A stretch of DNA of 64,000 nucleotides from NCBI GenBank assembly GCA_051532035.1, contig JAOPTW010000015.1, positions 96,001 to 160,000 on the forward strand, given 5' to 3'. The stretch comes from Fibrobacterales bacterium (GTDB taxonomy: Bacteria; Fibrobacterota; Fibrobacteria; Fibrobacterales; JAOPTW01). Both the position numbers and the translations under genes were made by a program. The notes below the pieces were generated by a model. That model had not been told where the DNA came from. It made no database searches and saw only the letters and a program-made list of their open reading frames with translations. Below are positions 10,251 through 20,234 of this stretch, one piece after another (the stretch's first letter is position 1; the number at the start of each line of letters is the position of its first letter).

Positions 10251-11174
10251 TTATCGTCTGATAATCTTCAACTTCTTAATTTGATTATAGTCATCTTCAG
10301 AGTCTTTTAAGCTTTCATAGAGCTCTTCAGTTACTGTACGTACTCTAATTTGATTCTCTTTATTAACCCCTTGCTCCACCAAATATTCAACAATTGCGGT
10401 GGTGCGGTCATTCAAGAGTTCTATATACTCAGGAAGTTCAATTTCAATTTTCTTCATATAGATGTATATGAAAATTTTGTGATGCGGATAGGCTTTAAGC
10501 CCAGTCACTAATTGATTATCTAGTATAATTTTATCATTAAAGGTAAGCTCGGGAGTGCCAGTAATGAAAGAGATATCGAGGTAGGTCTCTGTAGGAATAG
10601 GATCTGCACCGGCATCAGGGCATCCATCGTCATCATCTTTACCATTAAAATTTTCTGGAGCATTAGGACAGTTATCAAAAACATCCTTTATACCATCATT
10701 ATCATTATCATCTTCGGGGCACCCATCATCATCTTGGAATTCGTCACGATCTTCTTTATCAAGAGGGCATTTATCATTAATATCAAGGATTCCATCTTGG
10801 TCATTATCAAGTTCGGGACACCCGTCTGTGTCTTCAAAGTTATCACGATCTTCTGCAACGAGCGGACATTTGTCTCGTGAGTCAGGCATTCCATCTTTAT
10901 CATTATCAGTGTCAGGACAACCATCATCATCTTCAAATCCATCAAGATCTTCTGCAACGAGCGGGCATTTATCTTTTGAGTCGGCCACTTTATCTCGATC
11001 ATTGTCAGGGTCTGGACATCCGTCATTATCTTCAAAGTTGTCACGATCCTCACTGATTTTAGGGCACTCATCAACCTCATTAGGTATGCCATCAAGGTCT
11101 ATATCATTAGAACCACATCCAACAATCCCCCACAGTACTACTGCAAGAACAGATAATTTATTGACACTGTACAT
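10251..11174 (-). CDS. Lipoprotein with thrombospondin type-3 (Ca-binding) repeats and degenerate OmpA-like C-terminal domain
   Basis: Lipobox IVG-C after ATG 11174; five DxDxDG..D.CP...EDxDxFEDxDGCP units; C-terminus has F..G..EL and R..AIVEYL..QGV. Confidence 0.8.
   Translation of the reverse strand: MYSVNKLSVLAVVLWGIVGCGSNDIDLDGIPNEVDECPKISEDRDNFEDNDGCPDPDNDRDKVADSKDKCPLVAEDLDGFEDDDGCPDTDNDKDGMPDSRDKCPLVAEDRDNFEDTDGCPELDNDQDGILDINDKCPLDKEDRDEFQDDDGCPEDDNDNDGIKDVFDNCPNAPENFNGKDDDDGCPDAGADPIPTETYLDISFITGTPELTFNDKIILDNQLVTGLKAYPHHKIFIYIYMKKIEIELPEYIELLNDRTTAIVEYLVEQGVNKENQIRVRTVTEELYESLKDSEDDYNQIKKLKIIRR
10610..11105 (-). repeat. About five 99-bp intragenic tandem repeats (33-aa TSP3 units)
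   Basis: GATCTTCTGCAACGAGCGG recurs at about 10847 and 10946; the repeats are in frame. Confidence 0.85.
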
Positions 11175-11408
11175 TTTACTCACATATCTTTTTTTTATAT
11201 TGAGATGAAATGTATAAAAATAGCACTTTCTCTGCAACAGAAGGCCCCCTACAGACCACACTCAGAGGGTTAAATAGCTCAATTCTCATCTCTCATCCTC
11301 TTCAATCTCACCTATTTTTAGCATTTTTAGCCGTTTCCAACATTTTTCCTCAACATTAAAGAAGAAAAATACGATATATTAGATACATACCCTCAATGCA
11401 CTATCACT

Positions 11409-11705
11409 ATGGCACATCAGAAAGAGTATTATCGTTCCACCAGAAAGTCTCTCGACATCGAGCAGCTCCAAGATATCTTTCTCCCTGTAAAGATGGCGCT
11501 CGGTACAAAAGACATGACAATCAGGAGCCTACTGAATCTGAAAAAAGGGTCAATCGTTCAACTCCCTCGAACCGCTGGGGAAAATGTCGATCTTATCGTC
11601 AATGATAAAACCCTAGCCAAGGGAGAAGTTGTCGTCATAAATGGTCACTTTGGATTTAGACTTGTTATACTACTCAATCCGAGTGAACGATTAAAAAACA
11701 TGTAA
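11409..11705 (+). CDS. fliN: FliN/SpoA-family motor switch protein (orphan)
   Basis: LLNLKKGSIVQL...AGENVDLIVN..LAKGEVVVINGHFGFR. Confidence 0.8.
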   Translation: MAHQKEYYRSTRKSLDIEQLQDIFLPVKMALGTKDMTIRSLLNLKKGSIVQLPRTAGENVDLIVNDKTLAKGEVVVINGHFGFRLVILLNPSERLKNM

Positions 11706-11822
11706 CCCTAACATACAGAGCCTTCATTACCCACATCTAAGCCAGATAACAATCTGATCTGTTGAGATTAGTGCTATTTTAGGTATATTTAATTATCTGA
11801 GATTAAATGATTTTTATTCCTT

Positions 11823-12206
11823 GTGGCGAGCAATACCGATATCACAATAGAAAGTTATGGACTATACACTGGTTGGGACTCCCATGGCGGACCTCTTCCT
11901 CGCATTGTGCAATACACTACCGATATCCCTATTGGCCCTACTAGTGAATTTGGCATACTATTACTTATTAAGAAGTGTAAAAATAGCATGCTCACCTTCA
12001 CAATGGAACACCCACCATGGAAAGAAAACGGGACTATGGTCCCTGACTTTACTGGAGAGGCCTACATTAAATCCAATGAGTACCGATACTATATCGGGGA
12101 TAGATTTTGTGAGCCCTACGAGGACAAAGCAGGTCCTTGGACAATTATGGTCGCCATTGATGGCACCCAGGTAGCAACAAAAACCTTTAACACTTTTCTA
12201 CCATAG
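11823..12206 (+). CDS. DUF3859-like protein
   Basis: SYGLY..WD....LP.I...TTDIP....EFG...HPP...F.G..Y pattern, recalled from this family. Confidence 0.65.
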   Translation: MASNTDITIESYGLYTGWDSHGGPLPRIVQYTTDIPIGPTSEFGILLLIKKCKNSMLTFTMEHPPWKENGTMVPDFTGEAYIKSNEYRYYIGDRFCEPYEDKAGPWTIMVAIDGTQVATKTFNTFLP

Positions 12207-12216
12207 CGAGTACCTT

Positions 12217-14973
12217 ATGAACACACCTATTAAACAATTCTTGACATTCAACCGTACCGGCTGGACGGGCCTCATATACGCTTCCATCATAGTGGTCATT
12301 GCAGGAATCATATTTCAACTCACGGATACAAGTGCCGCTAAAGCATGGGATCTCGAGTGGAGTTACGAATTTATGGTGGGAACCGCACTCATCATGTGCC
12401 TCGGCTTTATTCTCAATGCCCGGGATATCATTCAACGTACCAAACAGCACCTCCCCAATCAAAAATCACTTATTGTACTGGGTATAATTGTACTCTTTTT
12501 TGGAGGATTCACCTGGACACAGATAGAAAAACAACATCGAGTTCTCAGTGATGAAACATCATGGGAGTCAATGGCTATAAACATGCATTTCAACGGTAGA
12601 GCGGGCACCTGTAACCAAGGCTACTATGAAGAAGGGGCGCTCGTCTGCACCGATGAAGTCAATAATTTTAAAGGCAAAGCATCTGGTCTTGCAAACAAAA
12701 TCGCTTTTAGCATTCTTGGTGACGCTACCAGAGATCAAGCATTACAGGTAAACTACTTCTTTTATATCGCTTCAATCCTTTTGCTTTTCTACGGGTTTTT
12801 CCTTGCAACAAAAAACGAATCGATCGCCCTCATTGCCACCATCTTTTTTGCGTCATTCCCCACAATGATGTTTCAATCTCAAACAGCAACGACCGAGGTC
12901 ATGTATGTATTCCTTTTCGCAATTTTGCTCGTTGTTGTACAACTCTTTCACAATGAGTCCCCGACAAAGGGTACTACGCAACTCAAGTTAAAACATTTTG
13001 TACTAATCATCCCTCTTCTCGGCTTTTTTGCACAGACTCGCCAAGAGACTGTATTCTGTATTCTTCCTTTTGTCTTCTATTTTCACACCTTTTTCAAACA
13101 GAAATCATGGTACCTCCCCGCTTTCACTTTTTTAGTGCTCCTCGCCTCACTACCAGTGCTCAACACTATCTGTGCTTACAAAGGGTATGGATTTCAAGGT
13201 GGCGAATATGATGCACACTCATTCTGGAACCTTACTACCAACTTATGGACCAATGTTGAAGTAATGCTGAACTGGGGATCTGATTATGCCGGCCTCCTCA
13301 AAAGTCCATGGAACACCACTGTTGCAATCCTTCTCTATCTTGGAGCAATATACCTTACTGCACGCGTTCTCTTTAATGAAAAGTATCGCTGGGGCTACCT
13401 CTTAGTTCTTGCCTATCAACTTCAAGCAATTGTGATCATGGTCAACGTCTCAGGAAACTTTACCATAGGTATTAACCAACGCTATGTGCTCGTTGCATTT
13501 CCCTCTTTTGCGCTTATTCTCGGGATATTTCTCCACGATGTCAGTAATCGTTTAGCCTTGTTAAAAACAAACCCTCTGGCACCCAAAATATTTGGCGCAC
13601 TCAACGGCGCTTGGATAGGTGCCTTTATTATTTTCACCTATCATAAAGATCGCTTTTTCTCACTCCCCTCAGACTCCTTTTTTGGTGCCGCCATCGAACT
13701 CATATGGAAGGTAGTGCTCTTCGCCGCACTCATTACCGCAATTAGTTATGTCATTACTGTTGCGTTCAAAAAAATAAGTAACCTTAAAAAGCCACTCCCG
13801 CAATATTCAACAGTTATCGCCGCACTCGCTCTCATGACTTTTTTAACACTCTACCATCATGAAAGCTTTACAGAAAACATTCAGTATCGACGCAACAAAC
13901 TCCTCACCGAAGAAGCAGTGCTCAATATCGAACTCAAAAACCTTCCTAAGAACGCTATTTATATCTATAGTCGCCCTTGGCAGATGCTTGCACAAGGCTT
14001 GAACGCCTTTAGTGAATCAAAAATTCTTCGGTGGTCTGATGCCGAATACGCTAAGTGGAAAGAGTTTTCGAATGATAACATCTACATTGTACGGGGACAA
14101 GATGGGTTTGGTACCGTCAATAAAAAATCTCGAGTAGTAGGCTTTAAAACAACCGACAAAGTTACTCAGATTCTTGAAATGTTCGAAACCAAAGAGGTGT
14201 ACAAAAATTCTAAGGATTTTGGCTACCCACTCTCTGTAACACAACTTAAAAACAGAAAGGGGCGCAGCCCTTTTCAGAGTAATATATACATAGAACCCCC
14301 CACTGTTACAGAAGGCAAAACTAAAATAACTATTCGCAAAAAATTTGATGAGGCTGTTACACTGCATCTCTCCATTATTGCAACAGCAACAAACAACGAA
14401 ATATATACTGAAACATCGATTCAAACAGAGAGACGCTTTTCTATACCCATTGTCGATCTACAAAAAGGGATGCATACACTCTCAGTCTCTATTAATCTCC
14501 CCGATTCAACACAATACACCTACAATAGCCACCTTTTTAATGCTCAAGACGCTCAACAGCTCACAAATATACCCGCATGGAAAAACCTACAGAGCTGGGG
14601 CTCCCTTGGAATCAACAAGAGCGTCATGAATAATGAACTCACCATCGACGGAAAACGGTTTAGCTTTGGCTTCGGCTCTCACAGTTTTAGCTCCATCCAA
14701 TTCAAATTGAACGGCAAATACACTCGTTTCTATAGCAAATTAGGCCTTGATGATGAAGACATGTGTGGCGATGGTATTGTCGCAAAAATATTTGGTGATG
14801 ACCGCCTACTCTTTACCTCAGATACTCTCCACGCGCAAGAGCTCGCAACACTTACCAATGGAACAGAATTAGGAATTGATATTACCCGAGTCCAAACATT
14901 AAGACTGGTAACTGACTCTCTTACTAACAAAAGCTGTGATCACATTAACTGGGTCAACCCTTGGCTTGAATAG
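12217..14973 (+). CDS. GT-C (PMT/ArnT-like) membrane glycosyltransferase with C-terminal NPCBM/CBM51 domain
   Basis: Many TMs; SDE in the first periplasmic loop; RYVLVAFP; C-terminal QSWG....NKSV....TIDG..F..GFGSHS..GLDD..DH.NW. Confidence 0.75.
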   Translation: MNTPIKQFLTFNRTGWTGLIYASIIVVIAGIIFQLTDTSAAKAWDLEWSYEFMVGTALIMCLGFILNARDIIQRTKQHLPNQKSLIVLGIIVLFFGGFTWTQIEKQHRVLSDETSWESMAINMHFNGRAGTCNQGYYEEGALVCTDEVNNFKGKASGLANKIAFSILGDATRDQALQVNYFFYIASILLLFYGFFLATKNESIALIATIFFASFPTMMFQSQTATTEVMYVFLFAILLVVVQLFHNESPTKGTTQLKLKHFVLIIPLLGFFAQTRQETVFCILPFVFYFHTFFKQKSWYLPAFTFLVLLASLPVLNTICAYKGYGFQGGEYDAHSFWNLTTNLWTNVEVMLNWGSDYAGLLKSPWNTTVAILLYLGAIYLTARVLFNEKYRWGYLLVLAYQLQAIVIMVNVSGNFTIGINQRYVLVAFPSFALILGIFLHDVSNRLALLKTNPLAPKIFGALNGAWIGAFIIFTYHKDRFFSLPSDSFFGAAIELIWKVVLFAALITAISYVITVAFKKISNLKKPLPQYSTVIAALALMTFLTLYHHESFTENIQYRRNKLLTEEAVLNIELKNLPKNAIYIYSRPWQMLAQGLNAFSESKILRWSDAEYAKWKEFSNDNIYIVRGQDGFGTVNKKSRVVGFKTTDKVTQILEMFETKEVYKNSKDFGYPLSVTQLKNRKGRSPFQSNIYIEPPTVTEGKTKITIRKKFDEAVTLHLSIIATATNNEIYTETSIQTERRFSIPIVDLQKGMHTLSVSINLPDSTQYTYNSHLFNAQDAQQLTNIPAWKNLQSWGSLGINKSVMNNELTIDGKRFSFGFGSHSFSSIQFKLNGKYTRFYSKLGLDDEDMCGDGIVAKIFGDDRLLFTSDTLHAQELATLTNGTELGIDITRVQTLRLVTDSLTNKSCDHINWVNPWLE

Positions 14974-14979
14974 CGCTTT

Positions 14980-15003
14980 CCCCTTCAGCACTTACTGAAG
15001 GGG
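14980..15003 (+). terminator. Hairpin after the GT-C gene
   Basis: CCCCTTCAG-N6-CTGAAGGGG with a weak U tail. Confidence 0.55.
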
Positions 15004-15080
15004 CTAATTTTAACAAAATCCTGCCTTTTTATACCCTAATTTTGTACATTTGCATTGCATAATTTACAAAACCGGACATC

Positions 15081-17915
15081 ATGAAACGTTTGTTGAACCG
15101 CTTTACACTCTGTATCATATTTTGTACTCTCACTTCTAGTTTTGGGCAACTTCTTCCCCTCCAGGGAGGCGCTACAGCCGAAAACAACCTTAAAGAGATT
15201 ACCGTTGAAAATAACGAATTCATTGATGAATCCCTCATTTTGAAAAGAATAAGTGTGGTAGCTGGGCAAAATTACCACCCAGTAGTCCTCAAAAATAAAA
15301 TTAAAGCCTCTGTTGAGTCGCTCTATGAGACAGGCCTCTTTGCCAATATTGATGTGGGAATTATCTATGGTGAATCTGGAGAGGTATCTTTTATTTTCAC
15401 AGTCGAAGAGCACCCCCAGCTCAAAAGCTACTCAATAACAGGCAATGAAGAAATCGCTGATGAAGAAATAGATGTACTAGTCACCCTCGTTGAAGGCCAA
15501 GTAATCAGCCCATCAGATATCGAACGCAATCGTCAGCGCATCATTAGCCGCTACAAAGAAGATGGTTTTTTACTTGCAGAAGTAGTCATAAACAAAAACA
15601 TTGACCCAGAAAGTGGAAAAGTGGAGCTCGTTCTTGACATTAACGAGGGCGACAAAGTTGTGGTACAAGAAATTATAATTCACGGGAACACCAATGTACA
15701 CAGTAGTGACATTATTGATAACCTCGAATCAGAAGTAGATCACTGGTGGGGTGAAGGCGAATATAAAGAAGAATCTTTCGAAGCTGATAGTGACTCAATT
15801 CTAGCAATCTATCGTTCTAAAGGATATTTAGATGCGGCGGTAACCCATAAAGAAATTGAATATATTAAAGACCCCAGTTTCCGGTTTTATTCAGGACAAG
15901 CTCTTAAAGAAGGGTATACTTCTGAGCAACTCATTACTGCAGTGACCAAAGCGCTTGCAAATGAATCTTCCGCGTTTTATGATGCTGTTCGCACATCACT
16001 TGTTCGATCAAATCATTACTACCGTCATGCACGCCGTAACATAGCCGAGAAAGATCAAGCTGTTCTTTTACCAAAACTTGATAGCGAAGAAAAGATTCTC
16101 ACACTGCTCAACAGAATACTTATGCTCAAAGAAGTTCGTCAGGACTTTATCCAACAAGCATCCCCCACAGTACATACTCCAGAAATTGATTCATTAACGA
16201 CTCTAAAAACATTGGATGACCTTCAAGAAAAACGACTCGCACGCCTTACTCTTGAAGCCCTCCTTCCTCTCATGCCCTATGATGAACTCAATACGAGCTC
16301 TAATCTGGGACTTCATTTTACTGTGAGCGAAGGTCGTCAATACTACTCTGGAACATACACATTTATCGGAAACAAAGTCTACTCAACAGAAGCACTCGAA
16401 TCGCAACTCACCCTCGACTCAGGTGACATTTTTGACAATTCTAAATATCAGATGCTCCTCTACAATCTCCAGTCTATGTACCGTGAAGAGGGGTACCTCT
16501 TTGTTCAAATTATTGATAAAAAAGAATATCGCGACTCAATTGTCGATATAAGTTTTGATATCACTGAAGGGCTCCCCGCCAGTATTCATAAAGTCCTTAT
16601 TAAGAACAATACTACAACAAAAGACAAAGTAGTTCGCCGTGAAGTTAAACTCTTCCCTGGTGACACCTACCGACAATCTCTGATGGAGCGATCTATTCGA
16701 GACATCATGCAGCTCAACTATTTTGACAATGTAATGCCCGACATAAAAATTCGTGAAAATCAAGAGGTAGACTTAGTATTTGATGCAATGGAACGTGAAG
16801 CGGGTACCGGACAATTCTCTGCTGGTGTTGCATACAGTCAAAAAGATAACTTTATGGGCACCCTCGGCCTCACCATACCAAACTGTTGTATTGGCGATGG
16901 CCAGCAAGCATCACTGAATGTTGAATTTGGTCAAGAGAAACAGAACTACACCATTGGATTTACAGAACCTTGGTTTCAAGACCGCCCCATCACTCTTGGT
17001 GGTACGCTCAATTACACCTGGTATAAAAGTGATTACTCTGTAGATAATGACATTCGTCGCTATGGAGGGCGTATGTTCCTTGGTACACGTCTCAAATGGC
17101 CTGATGATTACTTTTACATACAAGGTGACATCAGTTGGCAGATGAATCAACAAGGAACCAATGTTCCGGGAAGTGTACTTCTTAAATCAGGATCAGAATC
17201 AGCTGTTGGCCTTACCATTACTCGTGATGATAAAAACCTTCCTCGATTCCCTACTGAAGGATCCCGATACAGTGTGAGCGTTGAAAAAGTATTTCAGGTC
17301 CCAGGAGTTTTTAATGAATTCTCTTATAACGCTGAACCACTTAGACAGTTTAGTTACCTTAAAACAGATTTTACCGTCAAATGGTGGTTCCCTCTTGGTG
17401 GCGGCCTCGCACTCGGTCTTGACAATCAAGTGGGCTTAATATCAGGTGATGTATTACAATACCGTTCACGATACCAAATGGGTGGCATGCTCGGCTACCA
17501 AGGAAAACTAAGAGGCTACTCTCCTGGGTCAATCGGGAGTTCACGTCTCGGAAGAAGTTTCGTCTCAATGGTTTCTGAAATCACCTATCCTATTGCAGAG
17601 AACACATTCTATGCCCTCGCATTTTTTGACGCCGGTAATGTCTATGGTGAGCAATTATACACTCCAATCCCCGGTTCTTCAGATATAAGAGAACGACTCA
17701 TTACCAAAGAAGAAGTTAATAGAACGAATCCTCTTTCTGAATTTACTCCACAGTCTCTAAAAAAGGATTTCGGTTTTGGTTTTAGAATTGTGGTTCCAAT
17801 GCTTGGAATTATCGGTTTTGATTTTGGATGGCCACTCGATGATGGTGAAAGACCGCAAGGAGTGAGCACATCAAGAGCCATGCAAACAAACTTTGTTATT
17901 TCACAAGGATTTTAA
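15081..17915 (+). CDS. bamA: Outer membrane protein assembly factor BamA
   Basis: Signal peptide, five POTRA domains, FTEPW, LRGY, FFDAGN, terminal Phe; precedes skp-lpxD. Confidence 0.95.
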   Translation: MKRLLNRFTLCIIFCTLTSSFGQLLPLQGGATAENNLKEITVENNEFIDESLILKRISVVAGQNYHPVVLKNKIKASVESLYETGLFANIDVGIIYGESGEVSFIFTVEEHPQLKSYSITGNEEIADEEIDVLVTLVEGQVISPSDIERNRQRIISRYKEDGFLLAEVVINKNIDPESGKVELVLDINEGDKVVVQEIIIHGNTNVHSSDIIDNLESEVDHWWGEGEYKEESFEADSDSILAIYRSKGYLDAAVTHKEIEYIKDPSFRFYSGQALKEGYTSEQLITAVTKALANESSAFYDAVRTSLVRSNHYYRHARRNIAEKDQAVLLPKLDSEEKILTLLNRILMLKEVRQDFIQQASPTVHTPEIDSLTTLKTLDDLQEKRLARLTLEALLPLMPYDELNTSSNLGLHFTVSEGRQYYSGTYTFIGNKVYSTEALESQLTLDSGDIFDNSKYQMLLYNLQSMYREEGYLFVQIIDKKEYRDSIVDISFDITEGLPASIHKVLIKNNTTTKDKVVRREVKLFPGDTYRQSLMERSIRDIMQLNYFDNVMPDIKIRENQEVDLVFDAMEREAGTGQFSAGVAYSQKDNFMGTLGLTIPNCCIGDGQQASLNVEFGQEKQNYTIGFTEPWFQDRPITLGGTLNYTWYKSDYSVDNDIRRYGGRMFLGTRLKWPDDYFYIQGDISWQMNQQGTNVPGSVLLKSGSESAVGLTITRDDKNLPRFPTEGSRYSVSVEKVFQVPGVFNEFSYNAEPLRQFSYLKTDFTVKWWFPLGGGLALGLDNQVGLISGDVLQYRSRYQMGGMLGYQGKLRGYSPGSIGSSRLGRSFVSMVSEITYPIAENTFYALAFFDAGNVYGEQLYTPIPGSSDIRERLITKEEVNRTNPLSEFTPQSLKKDFGFGFRIVVPMLGIIGFDFGWPLDDGERPQGVSTSRAMQTNFVISQGF

Positions 17916-17930
17916 CAGACCGGAGGTACT

Positions 17931-18449
17931 ATGCAATTTAAAGCAGTTATTCTGATTCTCATAGCCCTAACATTCTCTGCATCATATGCAGAGGAGTTGC
18001 GCATTGCACACGTGGATTCAAAACTGATATTTCAGAAATACCGCGGCACCCAAAAGGCCCAAGCAGAGTATGACCGTCAGGTAGCTCGCTGGGAGCAGCA
18101 AGCCAACATATTACAACAAGAGCTCGCCAGTATTCGTGAACGCCTTGAGAAACAATCTCTGATACTCAGTGACGAGAAAAAACGAACCCTTGAATCTGAA
18201 CTTTCAAAGAAAGAGACTGACCTCAATGATTTTGTTGATAAAATTTATGGTCGTGAAGGGCAACTTGTCAGCGAAAACGAAAAAATATCAGAACCCATCA
18301 TTAAACAAATTAGAAAAACAATTAATGATGTAGCAATTGAAGAAGGATATGACATGGTACTTGACCGCGCCTCTGGAGCAGTCATTTTTTGGAAGAGTGA
18401 TCACGACCTCACCCAAAAAGTAACCGATATCCTTAACAACAACTTCTAA
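17931..18449 (+). CDS. skp: OmpH/Skp periplasmic chaperone
   Basis: Signal peptide, RIAHVD, coiled coil, GYDMVLD and DLT. Confidence 0.93.
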   Translation: MQFKAVILILIALTFSASYAEELRIAHVDSKLIFQKYRGTQKAQAEYDRQVARWEQQANILQQELASIRERLEKQSLILSDEKKRTLESELSKKETDLNDFVDKIYGREGQLVSENEKISEPIIKQIRKTINDVAIEEGYDMVLDRASGAVIFWKSDHDLTQKVTDILNNNF

Positions 18450-18462
18450 TCATCGCCACACT

Positions 18463-19413
18463 ATGCAGGCGAACCTTTCTATAGAAGAAATTGTCTCAAT
18501 CACTGGAGCAAAGGTAGATGAACGTCATCACTCCTTTTGTTCCTCCATAGACTCACTTCAGTTCGCAACAGCACAATCTCTCAGTTTTTCCACTGCAGAA
18601 CCAGCAGGAACAACCTTTACCCAGTCAGAGGCGGGTGTCGTTCTCGTTCCTCTAAGTTACGAAAACCTTTCTCCCGAATTGAAAGGTACAAAGACGCTGC
18701 TCTATTGTAACTCTCCCTATGAAAGTATGATTACCCTCCTTAAAGAGATCACCGCTGAACCAATAGCTCAACCTGACATTCACCCTTCAGCAAAAATACA
18801 TGATACTGCCGTGGTGGATGGACGTGTAGAAGCAGGCGCTGTCATTGGCCCTCATTCAATTGTCATGGCTGGTTCAATAATTGAAGCTGACTCACACTTA
18901 GAAGCACGGGTCACGGTATATTCCGGTGTTACCATAAAAAAGCAGTGTACAATTCAAGCTGGCGCTGTAATAGGCTCTCGCGGATTTGGTTTTTATAAAA
19001 ACAATGGAAGAACATTACCAGTCCCCCATTTCGGAGGCGTTATCATTGGCGCACATGTAACTATTGGTGCCCAGACAGTTGTCGCAGCAGGCTTCATAGA
19101 GCCCACCTCTATTGGCGAGTACTCTCATATTGATAGCTTTGTGCAGATAGCACACAACTGTAGCCTCGGGGCTCATTGCACCATGGTGAGTCAGGCAGGC
19201 ATTGCAGGCTCAACACATCTTGGTGCTCACGTTACTATTGGTGGTGGCGCTCAAATTGCAGGCCATCTCACTATAGGGGAGAACGTCTCTATTGCCGCAA
19301 AGAGTGGTGTTACTCGTTCTATTCCTCATGGAATGACCGTCGCAGGGTTCCCCGCTACAGAGATATCACTGTGGCGAAAAAGTGTACTCGCACTAAGGAA
19401 TCTTGCACAGTGA
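18463..19413 (+). CDS. lpxD: UDP-3-O-acylglucosamine N-acyltransferase
   Basis: Hexapeptide repeats, GFGF, VQIAHN, GIAGST and GFPA. Confidence 0.92.
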   Translation: MQANLSIEEIVSITGAKVDERHHSFCSSIDSLQFATAQSLSFSTAEPAGTTFTQSEAGVVLVPLSYENLSPELKGTKTLLYCNSPYESMITLLKEITAEPIAQPDIHPSAKIHDTAVVDGRVEAGAVIGPHSIVMAGSIIEADSHLEARVTVYSGVTIKKQCTIQAGAVIGSRGFGFYKNNGRTLPVPHFGGVIIGAHVTIGAQTVVAAGFIEPTSIGEYSHIDSFVQIAHNCSLGAHCTMVSQAGIAGSTHLGAHVTIGGGAQIAGHLTIGENVSIAAKSGVTRSIPHGMTVAGFPATEISLWRKSVLALRNLAQ

Positions 19414-20234
19414 GTCCCATAATACTACAAGGCATAGGAGTACATAGCGGTACCCCTACTTCACTTTCTATTAGCCACTCAAACAAAGAAGCCGGCCATA
19501 CCCTTATTCATAATGAAAGTGGCATACATTACTCCCTCAGCCATACAGCACCAACAATCGCTGATTGCGCCCGGGCAACATCACTTTCTATAGCTCCAGA
19601 CATAACCATTGGCACTATCGAACACCTTTCTGCAGCTCTCGCCTTTTTTTCGAACCATAATCTCGAGATAACACTCTTTGGAGATGAAGTCCCCATATTC
19701 GACGGCAGTGCTACTCCAATAATTGAAGCCCTCTCAAAACACTATACTCCCCTCTCGACTCTAGAACACTATAACGTTCCCCTCTCTTGGCAACACTCAT
19801 GGCAGGGGAGCACTACTGGTTCGATTTCTGTAGTACCCGCCACACACTTTTCCCTCTCCTACACCCTTGACTCAGCAGACTTCCAACAAACATATGTAGT
19901 AGACCACACTACCCCATTTATTCAAGATATTTTAAGCGCTCGAACCTACATCAATTATTCACTCCTGAGTGCTCAAAAAAGTGATACCTTACTCGCGGGA
20001 GCAATAGATGGCTCAGGCATAGCCTATGAAAAAAAAGGCGATGATATCATCATAGTCAGTGGGGCCCCACTTCGATTCCCCGATGAATTTGTGCGCCACA
20101 AAATCCTCGATTTTCTTGGGGACATATTCCTCATTACTCCAAAATTACCTACATTAGAGATCACGATAAACAATGGTGGGCACTGGCTCACCCATCAACT
20201 CATTAAAAGGATAGTTTCACTATGTCACTTTTAG
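19410..20234 (+). CDS. lpxC: UDP-3-O-acyl-GlcNAc deacetylase
   Basis: GIGVHSG, TIEHL, EVPIFDGSA, RHKILDFLGD and GGH; GTG start overlaps the lpxD stop. Confidence 0.92.
   Translation: MSPIILQGIGVHSGTPTSLSISHSNKEAGHTLIHNESGIHYSLSHTAPTIADCARATSLSIAPDITIGTIEHLSAALAFFSNHNLEITLFGDEVPIFDGSATPIIEALSKHYTPLSTLEHYNVPLSWQHSWQGSTTGSISVVPATHFSLSYTLDSADFQQTYVVDHTTPFIQDILSARTYINYSLLSAQKSDTLLAGAIDGSGIAYEKKGDDIIIVSGAPLRFPDEFVRHKILDFLGDIFLITPKLPTLEITINNGGHWLTHQLIKRIVSLCHF

Noticed and set aside
10610..11105. CRISPR-like periodicity
   Set aside because: These are in-frame, degenerate 99-bp coding repeats with no unique spacers and no cas genes.
10828..11208. Ser-rich repeat ORF on the plus strand
   Set aside because: Antisense shadow of the Asp-rich TSP3 repeats.
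19176..19409. N-terminal extension of LpxC in the ORF track
   Set aside because: It overlaps lpxD out of frame; LpxC similarity starts at GTG 19410.
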